In this document: in pieces, positions 48,282 through 57,773 of the stretch
How positions within the stretch are numbered: the stretch's first letter is position 1
Layout of the letters: each line of letters opens with the position of its first letter
NCBI GenBank assembly: GCA_050952085.1
Contig: JBMNKH010000002.1
Coordinates: 13,929 to 77,928 of the forward strand
Origin: Bacillota bacterium
GTDB lineage: Bacteria > Bacillota > Sulfobacillia > Fermentithermobacillales > Fermentithermobacillaceae
Reading direction: 5' to 3'
DNA length: 64,000 nt
Program-made: the position numbers and the translations under genes
The notes under the pieces: generated by a model
The model's database searches: none
What the model saw: the letters and a program-made list of their open reading frames with translations, nothing else
What the model was told of the DNA's origin: nothing

Positions 48282-50011
48282 TGCAAGCTCCCATCAGGAA
48301 ATTGGATCCTTTGCTTTCCAGCCAAATAGCTGCAGGAGAAGTTGTAGAACGGCCTGCATCAGTTGTAAAGGAATTGGTCGAAAACGCCATTGATGCCGGA
48401 GCCGACAGGATCTCAATAGAGATAGTTGACGGGGGAATGGAACTGATCAGGGTGAGCGACAATGGCCGTGGAATGACCCGGGAAGACGCCCTCTTGTCCC
48501 TTGAACGGTTTGCCACATCAAAGATAAGCTCAATAAGCGATCTGGATAATATGGAGACGCTTGGTTTCAGGGGTGAAGCCCTGCCCTCGATCGCGTCATG
48601 TTCGAGAATAGTGATGGAAACCAAGACGGCAGACTCTGAAACCGGGACCTATTTGCGTGTTGAGGGTGGCAACATGATTGACGTTGCAGAAAAAGGGCTG
48701 CCCCAAGGTACCACCATTACAGTAACAGATTTGTTCTTCAATACCCCTGCCCGGTTTAAGTTCATGAAATCGAGGGCCACTGAAAGGAACGCAGTGGTTG
48801 AAACTGTTGAGCGGCTTGCCCTTGCGTGGCACCACATAAGCTTTACCCTCATGTCCCAGGGTAGGGCGGTGCTTCATACAACAGGCAAAGGACTGGAGGA
48901 TGCACTGGCAAACATATTCGGGCCTGAAACAATTGAGTCAATGGCGGAAGTGTCAGGCGATTATGGCGGCATCAGGATCTGCGGTTTTGCAGGCCTGCCC
49001 AGATGTTACCGGAGGACCAGGGACAGGCAGTTGTTTTCTGTCAACCAGAGGCCGGTGAAAAATACTTCGCTTGGGTGGGCGCTGGATCACGCTTATGCCG
49101 GCCTGTTGCCGCCCAAGACGTACCCCGTGGCGGTAATAGACCTCTCACTTGAACCAGGCGCCATAGACGTAAACGTACACCCTACAAAAGCAGAGATAAG
49201 GTTCGGGAATGAATCCCTTATAAGGCGCAGTATTACCCAAAGCGCGAAAGATGCTCTATCCCGTGCGGGCTACCTGAGTGAACCTGAAGCCAGGCACGGT
49301 CAGCCTCTTGGTAGGCAGGGTCAACCGGCTAGCATGTTCACGCCAAGAAGAGAGAATCAGCAAGATATCATCCAAGGCATCAGGCAGATGCAGATACAAC
49401 CGTCAACCTTTCATGAGAAAGGGCCTCAGTTGATAGGTGAAGACACTTGTGAATGGCAGTACTTGGGCTCACTTCAGGACATATATCTTGTAGCTAAGAC
49501 ACCTCAATCCCTGCTTGTCATTGACCAGCATGCTCTAGCCGAAAGCCTTGCATATCACTCCATGTGCAGGGGGGAAAGCAGCAGCCAGGAGCTGTTGCTC
49601 CCTGAGGTCATCCAGTTGGAACCAACGGAAGCCTTGCTTTACGAGGAGTACAGGGATGAGTTGGAACAGGTTGGGTTCTCAACCAGGCTCATTGGCACAC
49701 GGACTGTGTTGGTAACAGGAGTACCTGTTATCCTAGGACAACCCCTACCGGCAGCTTCAGTCAAACAGGTATTATTAACCGCCTATGAAGGATCACAGGA
49801 CATGTCCCCCGACAGGGCCGTGGCGCAAGCCCGGATAGCTACCGCTGCCTGCCATGCATCCATCAAGGCCAAACAGTCCCTGACCAGACAGGAGGCACAG
49901 GTGTTGGTACAATCCCTGTGGGCCAACCCTGAAGCCCGGACATGCCCCCACGGAAGGCCGACAGTGCATGTAATTCCGGTTGCTGAGTTGAACAGGTTTT
50001 TCGGCCGTTAG
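48281..50011 (+). CDS. mutL: DNA mismatch repair protein MutL
   Basis: GHKL ATPase motifs (ELVENAIDAG, DNGRGM) and a C-terminal dimerisation domain. The start overlaps the mutS stop. Confidence 0.9.
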   Translation: MQAPIRKLDPLLSSQIAAGEVVERPASVVKELVENAIDAGADRISIEIVDGGMELIRVSDNGRGMTREDALLSLERFATSKISSISDLDNMETLGFRGEALPSIASCSRIVMETKTADSETGTYLRVEGGNMIDVAEKGLPQGTTITVTDLFFNTPARFKFMKSRATERNAVVETVERLALAWHHISFTLMSQGRAVLHTTGKGLEDALANIFGPETIESMAEVSGDYGGIRICGFAGLPRCYRRTRDRQLFSVNQRPVKNTSLGWALDHAYAGLLPPKTYPVAVIDLSLEPGAIDVNVHPTKAEIRFGNESLIRRSITQSAKDALSRAGYLSEPEARHGQPLGRQGQPASMFTPRRENQQDIIQGIRQMQIQPSTFHEKGPQLIGEDTCEWQYLGSLQDIYLVAKTPQSLLVIDQHALAESLAYHSMCRGESSSQELLLPEVIQLEPTEALLYEEYRDELEQVGFSTRLIGTRTVLVTGVPVILGQPLPAASVKQVLLTAYEGSQDMSPDRAVAQARIATAACHASIKAKQSLTRQEAQVLVQSLWANPEARTCPHGRPTVHVIPVAELNRFFGR

Positions 50012-50082
50012 GTGTAACCGCAGCCCATACTATATAATGGGATTATTAGGGGCAATCGAACGTATGAGAGGGTGTAGGGGTT

Positions 50083-51018
50083 ATGTTGAGCAAAGTGCTT
50101 GTAATCACAGGACCGACTGCTTCGGGGAAATCGCAGTTAGCTTTGGATTTGGCCGCAACATATCCCCTTGAGATTATATCTGCAGATTCAATGCAGGTTT
50201 ATCGTTATATGGACATCGGCACCGACAAAGCTACCCCAGAGGAAATGAACCGGGTGCGCCACCATTTAATCGACATAAAGTATCCCGATGAAGACTGGAG
50301 TGTGAGCGAGTTCCAGGAACTTGCCAGAAAGGCGGTAGCTGATATCGTACACAGGGGCCGCCTGCCATGCATAGTCGGGGGTACCGGGTTCTATATAAGG
50401 GCGTTGCTGTACGATTTCCCACTGAAGGATGCACCCCCCAACAGGAAGCTGCGGCAAGAACTGAGCGACCTGGCAAAACGCCGTGGCAACGCTGTAGTCC
50501 ACGATATGCTTAAACACGTCGATCCTGAGTCATACAGGAGCCTTCACCCTAATGACCTGAAAAGGGTAATAAGGGCGATTGAATATTACCAGGCGACAAA
50601 CCGCCCAATATCTGAACGCAAACATCTCGAAAAAGAGCGCATCTATGACTCCCTGATGATAGGACTCAAATGGGATCGTAAAGAATTGTATGAAAGAATC
50701 GATGATAGAGTGGACGAACAATTTAGTAGAGGGCTTGTTGAAGAAGTACTGGTTCTTGTAGATAAGGGATATTCCGAAGATCTAAATAGTATGCAAGGGT
50801 TGGGATACAAAGAGGTATACTGGATGCTCAAAGGGTTGGCCACAGAAGCTGAAACGAGAGCCATATTGAAAAGAAATTCCAGGAGGTTTGCGAAGAGGCA
50901 ACTGACATGGTTTTCCAAGGAGGAAGGCATAATTTGGCTGCCCTTTGGTAAGCATAAGTCTCGAAATCAGCTTATAGAACAAGCCCGGCGTTTGATTGAT
51001 GATTGGCTTGAAACATGA
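50083..51018 (+). CDS. miaA: tRNA dimethylallyltransferase
   Basis: GPTASGKS P-loop and DSMQVYR motif. Confidence 0.9.
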   Translation: MLSKVLVITGPTASGKSQLALDLAATYPLEIISADSMQVYRYMDIGTDKATPEEMNRVRHHLIDIKYPDEDWSVSEFQELARKAVADIVHRGRLPCIVGGTGFYIRALLYDFPLKDAPPNRKLRQELSDLAKRRGNAVVHDMLKHVDPESYRSLHPNDLKRVIRAIEYYQATNRPISERKHLEKERIYDSLMIGLKWDRKELYERIDDRVDEQFSRGLVEEVLVLVDKGYSEDLNSMQGLGYKEVYWMLKGLATEAETRAILKRNSRRFAKRQLTWFSKEEGIIWLPFGKHKSRNQLIEQARRLIDDWLET

Positions 51019-51052
51019 TTCATGCACCGGAGGACAACTGGAGGGAACAAAC

Positions 51053-51337
51053 ATGGGTGCGAAAAGTGCGATCAATCTTCAGGACAGCTACTTGAACCAG
51101 ATCAGAAAGGACAACGTTCTTACCACAGTATACCTTGTCAACGGATTTCAACTTAAGGGTCTGGTAAAAGCTTTCGACAGCTACACGGTTCTTCTTGATG
51201 TAGACGGCAAACAAATGCTCATATACAAACATGCCATTTCCACGATCAACCCTTTAAGGCCTGTGAGCCTTTCAGTCCAGCGCGACAGGGGATCTGACGA
51301 GGATGCAATAGTAGAAGATGAGCTCTCTCAGAGTTAA
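51053..51337 (+). CDS. hfq: RNA chaperone Hfq
   Basis: Sm1/Sm2 motifs ([19 protein letters not shown]). GGAGGG RBS before ATG 51053. Confidence 0.9.
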   Translation: MGAKSAINLQDSYLNQIRKDNVLTTVYLVNGFQLKGLVKAFDSYTVLLDVDGKQMLIYKHAISTINPLRPVSLSVQRDRGSDEDAIVEDELSQS

Positions 51338-51440
51338 GCAGCTGTAGCCGGTGTTCTGAAGCCAGATGGTCTTCTGGCATGAATTCAGCGCCTTTGGGTA
51401 TACTCCTCTCTGAAAGCGGTGTTTTCAGGGAGGTGATAAC

Positions 51441-51659
51441 ATGCCAAGGGACCCTGTGTGTGGAATGAATGTCCGCGATCGAGACGAGTCCTTACAGTCA
51501 GAGTTCAGAGGTCAGACCTATCATTTCTGCTCAGACAGGTGTCTGGCCACCTTTGAGCAGGATCCGGAGACGTTCTCACAACTCTTGGAGGATGAACAAT
51601 CCCAGAAGCAGAGAAAACGCAGTAGAAAGCAAGACCAAGGGCGTGAGCGGTTTACGTAG
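51441..51659 (+). CDS. Small YHS-domain protein (CPxCGM metal-binding motif) with a basic C-terminal tail
   Basis: DPVCGMNV...HFCSDRC matches the YHS/TRASH-like motif. 72 aa. AGGGAGGTG RBS. Confidence 0.5.
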   Translation: MPRDPVCGMNVRDRDESLQSEFRGQTYHFCSDRCLATFEQDPETFSQLLEDEQSQKQRKRSRKQDQGRERFT

Positions 51660-51755
51660 AGGCACTGTGTGTCTCATGGATGATTAGACAAGAGACGGGT
51701 ACATTGTACCATCGAGCAAACTATATAGCGCCAATTGTGCCAACGATCAGCCTCT

Positions 51756-51772
51756 GCCTGCAGGAAGCAGGC
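51756..51772 (+). terminator. Candidate terminator hairpin after the YHS gene (GCCTGC-AGGAA-GCAGGC)
   Basis: 6-bp stem. The tail is only moderately T-rich. Confidence 0.3.
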
Positions 51773-51856
51773 GGGGGCTGTTGTGTGTTGTCCTCACTAT
51801 CATACCTGCATCTTGATGCGTATAATGATCCGGCAACGCCAAGTCACAAGTGTTAG

Positions 51857-52789
51857 ATGTGGGGAGGAATCAAAATCGCTGTTCATGGCAACAGACCTAC
51901 CCTGAAGGTTGTATCAACCAGAGATCCCGTGCCCTCTCAGAATTCCCAGGTACAGGAACATGTGTTCAAGGGATTGATGCGCGGGAAGAGCGCTTTGGAA
52001 GAACTCAATTCCTTGGTGGGGATGTCACACATAAAAGACCTTATACTTGAAATCTACGCGTTCGCTGAAGTGCAAAGGCGCAGGAGCAAGGCCGGACTGT
52101 TACAAGAGAACACAACACTTCATATGATCTTCAAAGGCAATCCTGGCACGGGAAAGACCACTATTGCGAGGATTCTCGGAAAACTGCTTTTTCAGGCAGG
52201 ACTTCTGGCCAAAGGACACGTGGTAGAAGTTGAACGGGCGGATCTTGTGGGCGAGTATATCGGCCATACGGCGCAGAAGACCAGGGAGAACATCCGTAAA
52301 GCTCTGGGAGGCATCCTTTTCATAGACGAAGCTTATTCTTTGGCCAGGGGCGGGGAGAAGGATTTCGGCAAGGAATGCATCGATTGTATCGTCAAAGGTA
52401 TGGAAGACCACGCCAAGGAGTTAGTCGTCATCCTGGCCGGCTACCCTAAGGAGATGGAGCACTTTCTCGATACTAACCCGGGTTTGCGTTCCCGGTTTCC
52501 AATCCACCTGACCTTCCCAGATTATACGATCGATGAGCTGGTTCAAATAGGTTGCCTCATGCTTAAGAACAGGGATTACCGGCTTGCCGACGGCCTAACC
52601 CCGGTGTTCGAAACCATCATCAGGGAGAAGGCCGGGCAAGAGTTAATCCCGTCTAACGCGAGGATGGTTAGGAACCTGATTGAAAAGGCAATCCGGAGGC
52701 AAGCTGTCAGGTTAATGCAGTGCAATTCTTTCAATAAACAAGATCTCATGACTATAGCTTCAAGGGATCTGCTTGAAGCTTCGGTGTGA
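51857..52789 (+). CDS. spoVK: SpoVK-like AAA+ ATPase (CbbX/SpoVK family)
   Basis: Walker A GNPGTGKTT, Walker B ILFIDEAY and SpoVK-like N-terminal region. Position after hfq as in Bacillus. Confidence 0.7.
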   Translation: MWGGIKIAVHGNRPTLKVVSTRDPVPSQNSQVQEHVFKGLMRGKSALEELNSLVGMSHIKDLILEIYAFAEVQRRRSKAGLLQENTTLHMIFKGNPGTGKTTIARILGKLLFQAGLLAKGHVVEVERADLVGEYIGHTAQKTRENIRKALGGILFIDEAYSLARGGEKDFGKECIDCIVKGMEDHAKELVVILAGYPKEMEHFLDTNPGLRSRFPIHLTFPDYTIDELVQIGCLMLKNRDYRLADGLTPVFETIIREKAGQELIPSNARMVRNLIEKAIRRQAVRLMQCNSFNKQDLMTIASRDLLEASV

Positions 52790-52929
52790 TGTCACAGCTT
52801 TGACTTGTTCACACTAATTTCCTATCCAAATGCGGAACTTATCAGCTTTCCATCACACCCCGCACAGTTTCTGTTAAGTTCCTGTTATAGTATATAATCA
52901 GTTGGGAGTGATAATCAGGAGGGAAATAC

Positions 52930-54219
52930 TTGAACAACCTCTCTGAAGCAACTAGCATGAAGGCAATTATCTGTGCCTTAGATATCAAAGCGCCCAGACT
53001 CAGGGATATGAACGAAATATCCCTTACGGCAGAGGAGTCAGCCCAGGAGCTTGCCCGCCTTGCCGAGACTCTTGGGCTGGAAGTGGTGGATACCGTGATC
53101 CAGGAAAGATTTTCACCTGACCCTGCCACTTACTTAGGCAAAGGCAAGGTCCAGGAGATCGCGGGGCTCGTCTCGGACAAGGGAGCTTCCTACGTGTTGA
53201 TTGACGGCCAACTGTCCCCGTCCCAGTCCCACAACTTAGAAGAAGCACTTGGGGCTCTGGTGCTTGACCGGACAGAGGTCATCCTCAGGATCTTCGCCCA
53301 GCGCGCAAAGACCAAGGAAGGCAAATTACAGGTGGAACTTGCTACCCGGAGGCATGAACTTACCCGGCTTACAGGCCACGGCACAGCCATGTCCAGCTTG
53401 GGAGGGGGGATTGGCACCCGTGGACCGGGAGAGCAAAAACTGGAGATGGACCGGAGAGTCCTTAGAAGACGTATATCCCAGCTGACCAGGAGCCTGGACA
53501 AAGTACGCAGGGTAAGGGAAGGGCAGCGGAAACGCAGGAGGCAGTCGCGGATTCCACAAGTATCCCTGGTTGGCTACACCAATGCAGGGAAGTCCACTCT
53601 GTTTAGGGCGCTTACAGGCGAAGAAGTGCTGTGTGACGATATGCTTTTTGCAACACTCGACCCTTGGACCAGAAGGTGGGTTCTGCCGTCTGGAATGGTA
53701 GTGTTACTGTCTGACACTGTTGGGTTCATACAAGGGTTGCCCCACGAGCTGGTCTATGCATTCAGGGCCACTCTAGAGGAATCTCTCGAAGCAAACTTGC
53801 TTATACACGTGGTCGATGCTTCTTCAGTCACATGGATACACCAGGTTGAGACTGTAGAAGCTGTGCTGGGTGAATTAGGTGCATCCGATATTCCAACCAT
53901 TACGGTGTTCAATAAGGGAGATATGCTCTCAGAGAAGGACCTGGATAATATGGTCATGGAAACCGGAGGCAGCACTCTGGCCATTTCGGCCTTGCATGGC
54001 CATGGCCTGGATGAGCTGGCTGCATTGGTTGAAGAGGAACTCCTGGCGGATTCACACCTTGTTTCCCTCTTAGTGCCTTATTCAAAGTGGGACATTGTTT
54101 CTGAAATACGCGCTTGCGGGTCAATACTTGACGAGGCACATGGAGATTCAGGAGCAGTGATTACATGCAGGTTAAGTCCTGTAGAATTCCAGAGAATAAA
54201 GAAAAAGCTTTCAGGGTGA
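52930..54219 (+). CDS. hflX: GTPase HflX
   Basis: HflX N-domain, G1 GYTNAGKST, G3 DTVGF, G4 NKGD. Confidence 0.85.
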   Translation: MNNLSEATSMKAIICALDIKAPRLRDMNEISLTAEESAQELARLAETLGLEVVDTVIQERFSPDPATYLGKGKVQEIAGLVSDKGASYVLIDGQLSPSQSHNLEEALGALVLDRTEVILRIFAQRAKTKEGKLQVELATRRHELTRLTGHGTAMSSLGGGIGTRGPGEQKLEMDRRVLRRRISQLTRSLDKVRRVREGQRKRRRQSRIPQVSLVGYTNAGKSTLFRALTGEEVLCDDMLFATLDPWTRRWVLPSGMVVLLSDTVGFIQGLPHELVYAFRATLEESLEANLLIHVVDASSVTWIHQVETVEAVLGELGASDIPTITVFNKGDMLSEKDLDNMVMETGGSTLAISALHGHGLDELAALVEEELLADSHLVSLLVPYSKWDIVSEIRACGSILDEAHGDSGAVITCRLSPVEFQRIKKKLSG

Positions 54220-54220
54220 T

Positions 54221-55540
54221 GTGACATTGAGATTGCACCATAGTCAGTTTGATGTATCACAGAACACGTTTGAACTAGCGCAGGACTGTATCGCCGGATT
54301 ATCAGATGTTTGGAAACGCATAGATGATCTCGTGTTTTCAAATCAGGCCAGGGTACTGCGAGCTTTTGGCAACACCAGGGTGTCACTTTCGCACATGTGG
54401 CCTTCCACCGGCTATGGGTACGGGGACGCTGGCCGGGACGGTTTGGAACAGTTGTTCGCCGAGGTGTTTGGCGGAGAGTCGTCCCTTGTGAGGCTCGCCT
54501 GGACCTCTGGAACCCACGTCCTTAAGACTGCCCTTTTCGGGCTCTTGCGCCCGGGGGATGTACTCCTGTCAGTTACCGGAACACCCTACGAAACTCTCCG
54601 GCCTGTAATAGGCATTTCCTCTCAGGAAAGCGAGGTTTCAGGCAACAGTTTGATCGGTCTGGGTGTTGGGTACCGTGAGTGTTCGTGCCTGGTTGATTTT
54701 GAGTCAGGACTGATTGACAGCAATGATCTAGAGAACGCGCTGGCTCAACACATTACCCAGGATAACACGGTGATCCTCGTTCAACGTTCAAGAGGGTATT
54801 CAAGCAGGAAGACTATTTCAATGGAATCTCTCAAGAGGTTCATGGAAATCGTAGGCAGACGATGGCCTAATGTCATGACCTTTGTGGATAATTGCTACTG
54901 TGAGTTTACCGATGTCTATGAACCACCGGCGCTTGGCGTATCAATTACTGCAGGTTCACTCATTAAGAACCCCGGAGGCGGGTTGGCAGCCACAGGAGGG
55001 TATGTGGTAGGACATAAGAAGTACGTAAATCTAGTCGCAGAGTCCTTATATGCTCCAGGGCTTGGAAGTGATGCAGGAAGTAATCCATACGGATACAGGG
55101 ATGTGTACCAGGGGTTGTTTCTCGCGCCAAAGGTAGTGGGCGAGGCTCTTAAGGGGGCGTGTTTCGCATCCCTGTTTTTCAGCAAGTTGGGTTACAAGAC
55201 AGATCCGGGGCCTTTTGAAAGCAGGGGGGACATTGTGCAGCAGATCATAATGGAAAAGCCTGAGGCGCTGATAGCTCTTGCCAGGGCGGTGCAAGCTGCT
55301 TCGCCTGTGGATTCGTTTGCTTCACCTGAACCGTGGGATATGCCTGGATATTCCCACCCGGTAATCATGGCGGCAGGGACGTTTGTGCAAGGGGCATCGA
55401 TAGAATTCTCTTGCGATGGGCCCTTCATCCCTCCTTATTCTGCTTACCTCCAGGGAGGGCTTACAAAGGAGCACGTGGTTTATGCATGTATGAAGGCGAA
55501 AGATGCTTTAGATGCGCTGGAAATAATCCCTGATCGATAA
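54221..55540 (+). CDS. ynbB: YnbB-like PLP-dependent protein (aluminium-resistance / methionine gamma-lyase-like family, COG4100)
   Basis: PLP fold-type I features (WTSGTHVLKTAL). Conserved position after hflX in Firmicutes. Confidence 0.7.
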   Translation: MTLRLHHSQFDVSQNTFELAQDCIAGLSDVWKRIDDLVFSNQARVLRAFGNTRVSLSHMWPSTGYGYGDAGRDGLEQLFAEVFGGESSLVRLAWTSGTHVLKTALFGLLRPGDVLLSVTGTPYETLRPVIGISSQESEVSGNSLIGLGVGYRECSCLVDFESGLIDSNDLENALAQHITQDNTVILVQRSRGYSSRKTISMESLKRFMEIVGRRWPNVMTFVDNCYCEFTDVYEPPALGVSITAGSLIKNPGGGLAATGGYVVGHKKYVNLVAESLYAPGLGSDAGSNPYGYRDVYQGLFLAPKVVGEALKGACFASLFFSKLGYKTDPGPFESRGDIVQQIIMEKPEALIALARAVQAASPVDSFASPEPWDMPGYSHPVIMAAGTFVQGASIEFSCDGPFIPPYSAYLQGGLTKEHVVYACMKAKDALDALEIIPDR

Positions 55541-55580
55541 TGGCGGGAAAGACGCGCAAGCTATTGCATCAAGCCACGTT

Positions 55581-56192
55581 CTAGTGGAGGGAGCGGTACA
55601 ACCCTATCACTTTGCCTAGTATCCTGACGTCCTTTGAGATGATTGGGCTCATTTCCGGGTTCTCAGGCTGTAGCCTGATGGCTCCTTCCTCTTTGTAAAA
55701 GGTTTTTACTGTAGCTTCATCGTCAATGAGCGCTACTACAATATCGCCATTATCTGCAGTTTCTTGCTGTCTTACAAGCACAAGATCCCCGTCATGGATA
55801 CCGGCGCCGATCATGCTGTCGCCTTCAACCTGAAGCATGAATACGTTCTCGCTTCTCACAAATGAGCGTGGAAGAGGCACAAATTCTTCTATGTTCTCAA
55901 CAGCAAGCACAGGCACGCCGGCACGGACCATGCCTACTACAGGAACCATTACAGTCGGTGCAGCTTGTTCATGTACGTTATCTCCTACTATGGCATAGGC
56001 GCGGGATTTCTGGGCAGCCTTGAGCAGATACCCCTTGCGTTCAAGGGTTCTAAGATGACTATGCACGGTAGCTGTAGATTTGAGGCCTAGCTTTTTCCCC
56101 AGTTCCCTGACTGAGGGTGGATAGCCGGTTTCGTGGATGTGCTGCCGGATAGTCTCGAGTACCCTGGCTTGCTGGTAAGTGAGCTTTTCCAT
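55581..56192 (-). CDS. lexA: LexA repressor
   Basis: N-terminal winged HTH (LTYQQARVLETIRQHIHETGYPPSVRELGKKLGL), the cleavage site VAVENIEEF (AG-like region) and the S24 Ser/Lys dyad. Confidence 0.95.
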   Translation of the reverse strand: MEKLTYQQARVLETIRQHIHETGYPPSVRELGKKLGLKSTATVHSHLRTLERKGYLLKAAQKSRAYAIVGDNVHEQAAPTVMVPVVGMVRAGVPVLAVENIEEFVPLPRSFVRSENVFMLQVEGDSMIGAGIHDGDLVLVRQQETADNGDIVVALIDDEATVKTFYKEEGAIRLQPENPEMSPIISKDVRILGKVIGLYRSLH

Positions 56193-56418
56193 GATTACCT
56201 CTCCTTTTGAACCTGTTTGTGAGAGAAGTTATGGCTTCTGGTAAGAGTTTACCATCAACCCATCGCTAAAGCAAACGTCAGTTTGGTATTGCCATGCTAC
56301 TTGTACTTGTAAAGGGATGTGATGGCAGCGCCGGCTATCACAGGCAAGCTGAATATCCAAGCGAAAAGGGGGGAAACGCTCTACTGAAACAACGAAATCG
56401 CGCAAAGGGGGAAGACCG

Positions 56419-56721
56419 ATGATTGAAGACAAGTGGGAGAAAGACCAGGTGTTTCCGGATCCTCTTGGCGAAAAGCCGGATCAACCTCCGGATGAGCCCT
56501 ATGAAGAAATCCTAGAACCGCATTATCATGAGCTGGATTTGACTCAAGACACTGATGCCACAACGGACAAGGACGACCCTGGCATCGGGGATCCGGGTAT
56601 GGACCCGGAAGAGGAATGGTTCTGGAAAGAACCTGAGAACTTCTGGCTCGATCAGGACATTTGGCCATGGCCCCCGGCACGGTCAAAGCGCTCGCCAAAG
56701 CCTGAAAACCCGCTGAAGTAG
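56419..56721 (+). CDS. Hypothetical highly acidic, Pro/Trp-rich protein divergent from lexA
   Basis: 100 aa with a strong RBS (AAGGGGGAAG). The composition is very biased (D/E/P plus the WFW, FW, WPWPP cluster). No TM segment. Confidence 0.45.
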   Translation: MIEDKWEKDQVFPDPLGEKPDQPPDEPYEEILEPHYHELDLTQDTDATTDKDDPGIGDPGMDPEEEWFWKEPENFWLDQDIWPWPPARSKRSPKPENPLK

Positions 56722-56820
56722 CAGGGCCAAGTAACCAAAACCATTTCAAGGACATAGGTTGAAAGAGAGACTGCCGTATGTCCCATTTCTATTGTTCCAG
56801 GGGGAGAGAGGAGAGGGGAA

Positions 56821-57675
56821 ATGACTGAGAGCACACTTCATGAGGCGTGCCACTTTATCTTTTCAACTGAAAGACAGATGGTTCCGGTACTGGAAAAATG
56901 CCTTGAACTCGCAGGCAGGCACGACTGCCTTGAAGAAGTAGATGAGCTGGTGTCTATTCACAGGCATGTGATTCACGACTGTGATGAGCTTATGGTTGTC
57001 ATGGGGGTGGAGAGTACAACTGGAGTAGTTGAGATGACCATTCCCAATGATTTTGCGACTTGTATCATAGTTATTCACAGGCACTTTGTAAGGGTAATCG
57101 ATGACGGGTACATCATTATCGATCCACGCGCTTCCGATCCTGGCCAAAAGTCGGTGCTTGAGAGGGTAACAGGGCGGAAGGCAGAGCAAATGCGGTTGCT
57201 GCGGAGGATCGCTGCGAAATGCGGAATAAGCCTCTCAGACGAGGATGACGACCCATCATCAAGACGGCCTGACAGGCGTCCTGAGATGCCTGAAAGGCCT
57301 AGGGAAAGAACAGAGTATGTGGTCCAACAAGGCGATACCATGTTCAGCATCGCCAGGAAGTTCGGTGTGCCCCTTGAAGTCCTTATACGTGCTAACCCGC
57401 AAGTCCGCAACCCGGACATGATAATAGTGGGAGAAATAATCATTGTGCCAAGGGGACCCCATCATGAGCACCGTCCAGACCGCGACCATGACCACCGCCC
57501 TGAGTATGGCAGGAGGTATGTTGTGAGGCAGGGGGACACTATGTTCCTTATAGCTCAAAGGTTCGCTATCAACCTGTCCGAGCTTATTGCATTCAACCCT
57601 CAAATCGAAGACTCAAATGTACTGGTACCGGGGCAGATAGTACTGATCCCGACATCAGGCGGGGCAGTTGGCTAG
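56821..57675 (+). CDS. Protein with an N-terminal Cys/His-rich domain and two C-terminal LysM domains
   Basis: Two clear LysM repeats (YVVQQGDTMFSIARKFGVPLEVLIRANPQ...; YVVRQGDTMFLIAQRFAINLSELIAFNPQ...) separated by His/Arg/Asp-rich linkers. Purine-rich RBS GGGGGAGAGAGGAGAGGGG. Confidence 0.6.
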   Translation: MTESTLHEACHFIFSTERQMVPVLEKCLELAGRHDCLEEVDELVSIHRHVIHDCDELMVVMGVESTTGVVEMTIPNDFATCIIVIHRHFVRVIDDGYIIIDPRASDPGQKSVLERVTGRKAEQMRLLRRIAAKCGISLSDEDDDPSSRRPDRRPEMPERPRERTEYVVQQGDTMFSIARKFGVPLEVLIRANPQVRNPDMIIVGEIIIVPRGPHHEHRPDRDHDHRPEYGRRYVVRQGDTMFLIAQRFAINLSELIAFNPQIEDSNVLVPGQIVLIPTSGGAVG

Positions 57676-57688
57676 TACCGGAGACATG

Positions 57689-57723
57689 AGGCGGTATTTA
57701 CCTGCCTCAGGGAAATACCGCCT
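57689..57723. terminator. 11-bp perfect inverted repeat (AGGCGGTATTT...AAATACCGCCT) between convergent genes: candidate bidirectional terminator
   Basis: Read directly from the sequence. The flanks are not strongly T-rich. Confidence 0.45.
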
Positions 57724-57773
57724 TCTATCCTGCAAGGACAAACTGAGCACCGACGACCTGACTCCTGGGTACA

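Noticed and set aside
51857-51900. Strong GGGGAGG Shine-Dalgarno inside the first codons of the spoVK-like ORF, suggesting a downstream start
   Set aside because: No in-frame ATG, GTG or TTG follows at proper spacing (the next in-frame codons are ATC, AAA, ATC...). The ATG at 51857 is therefore retained, with the start flagged as uncertain.
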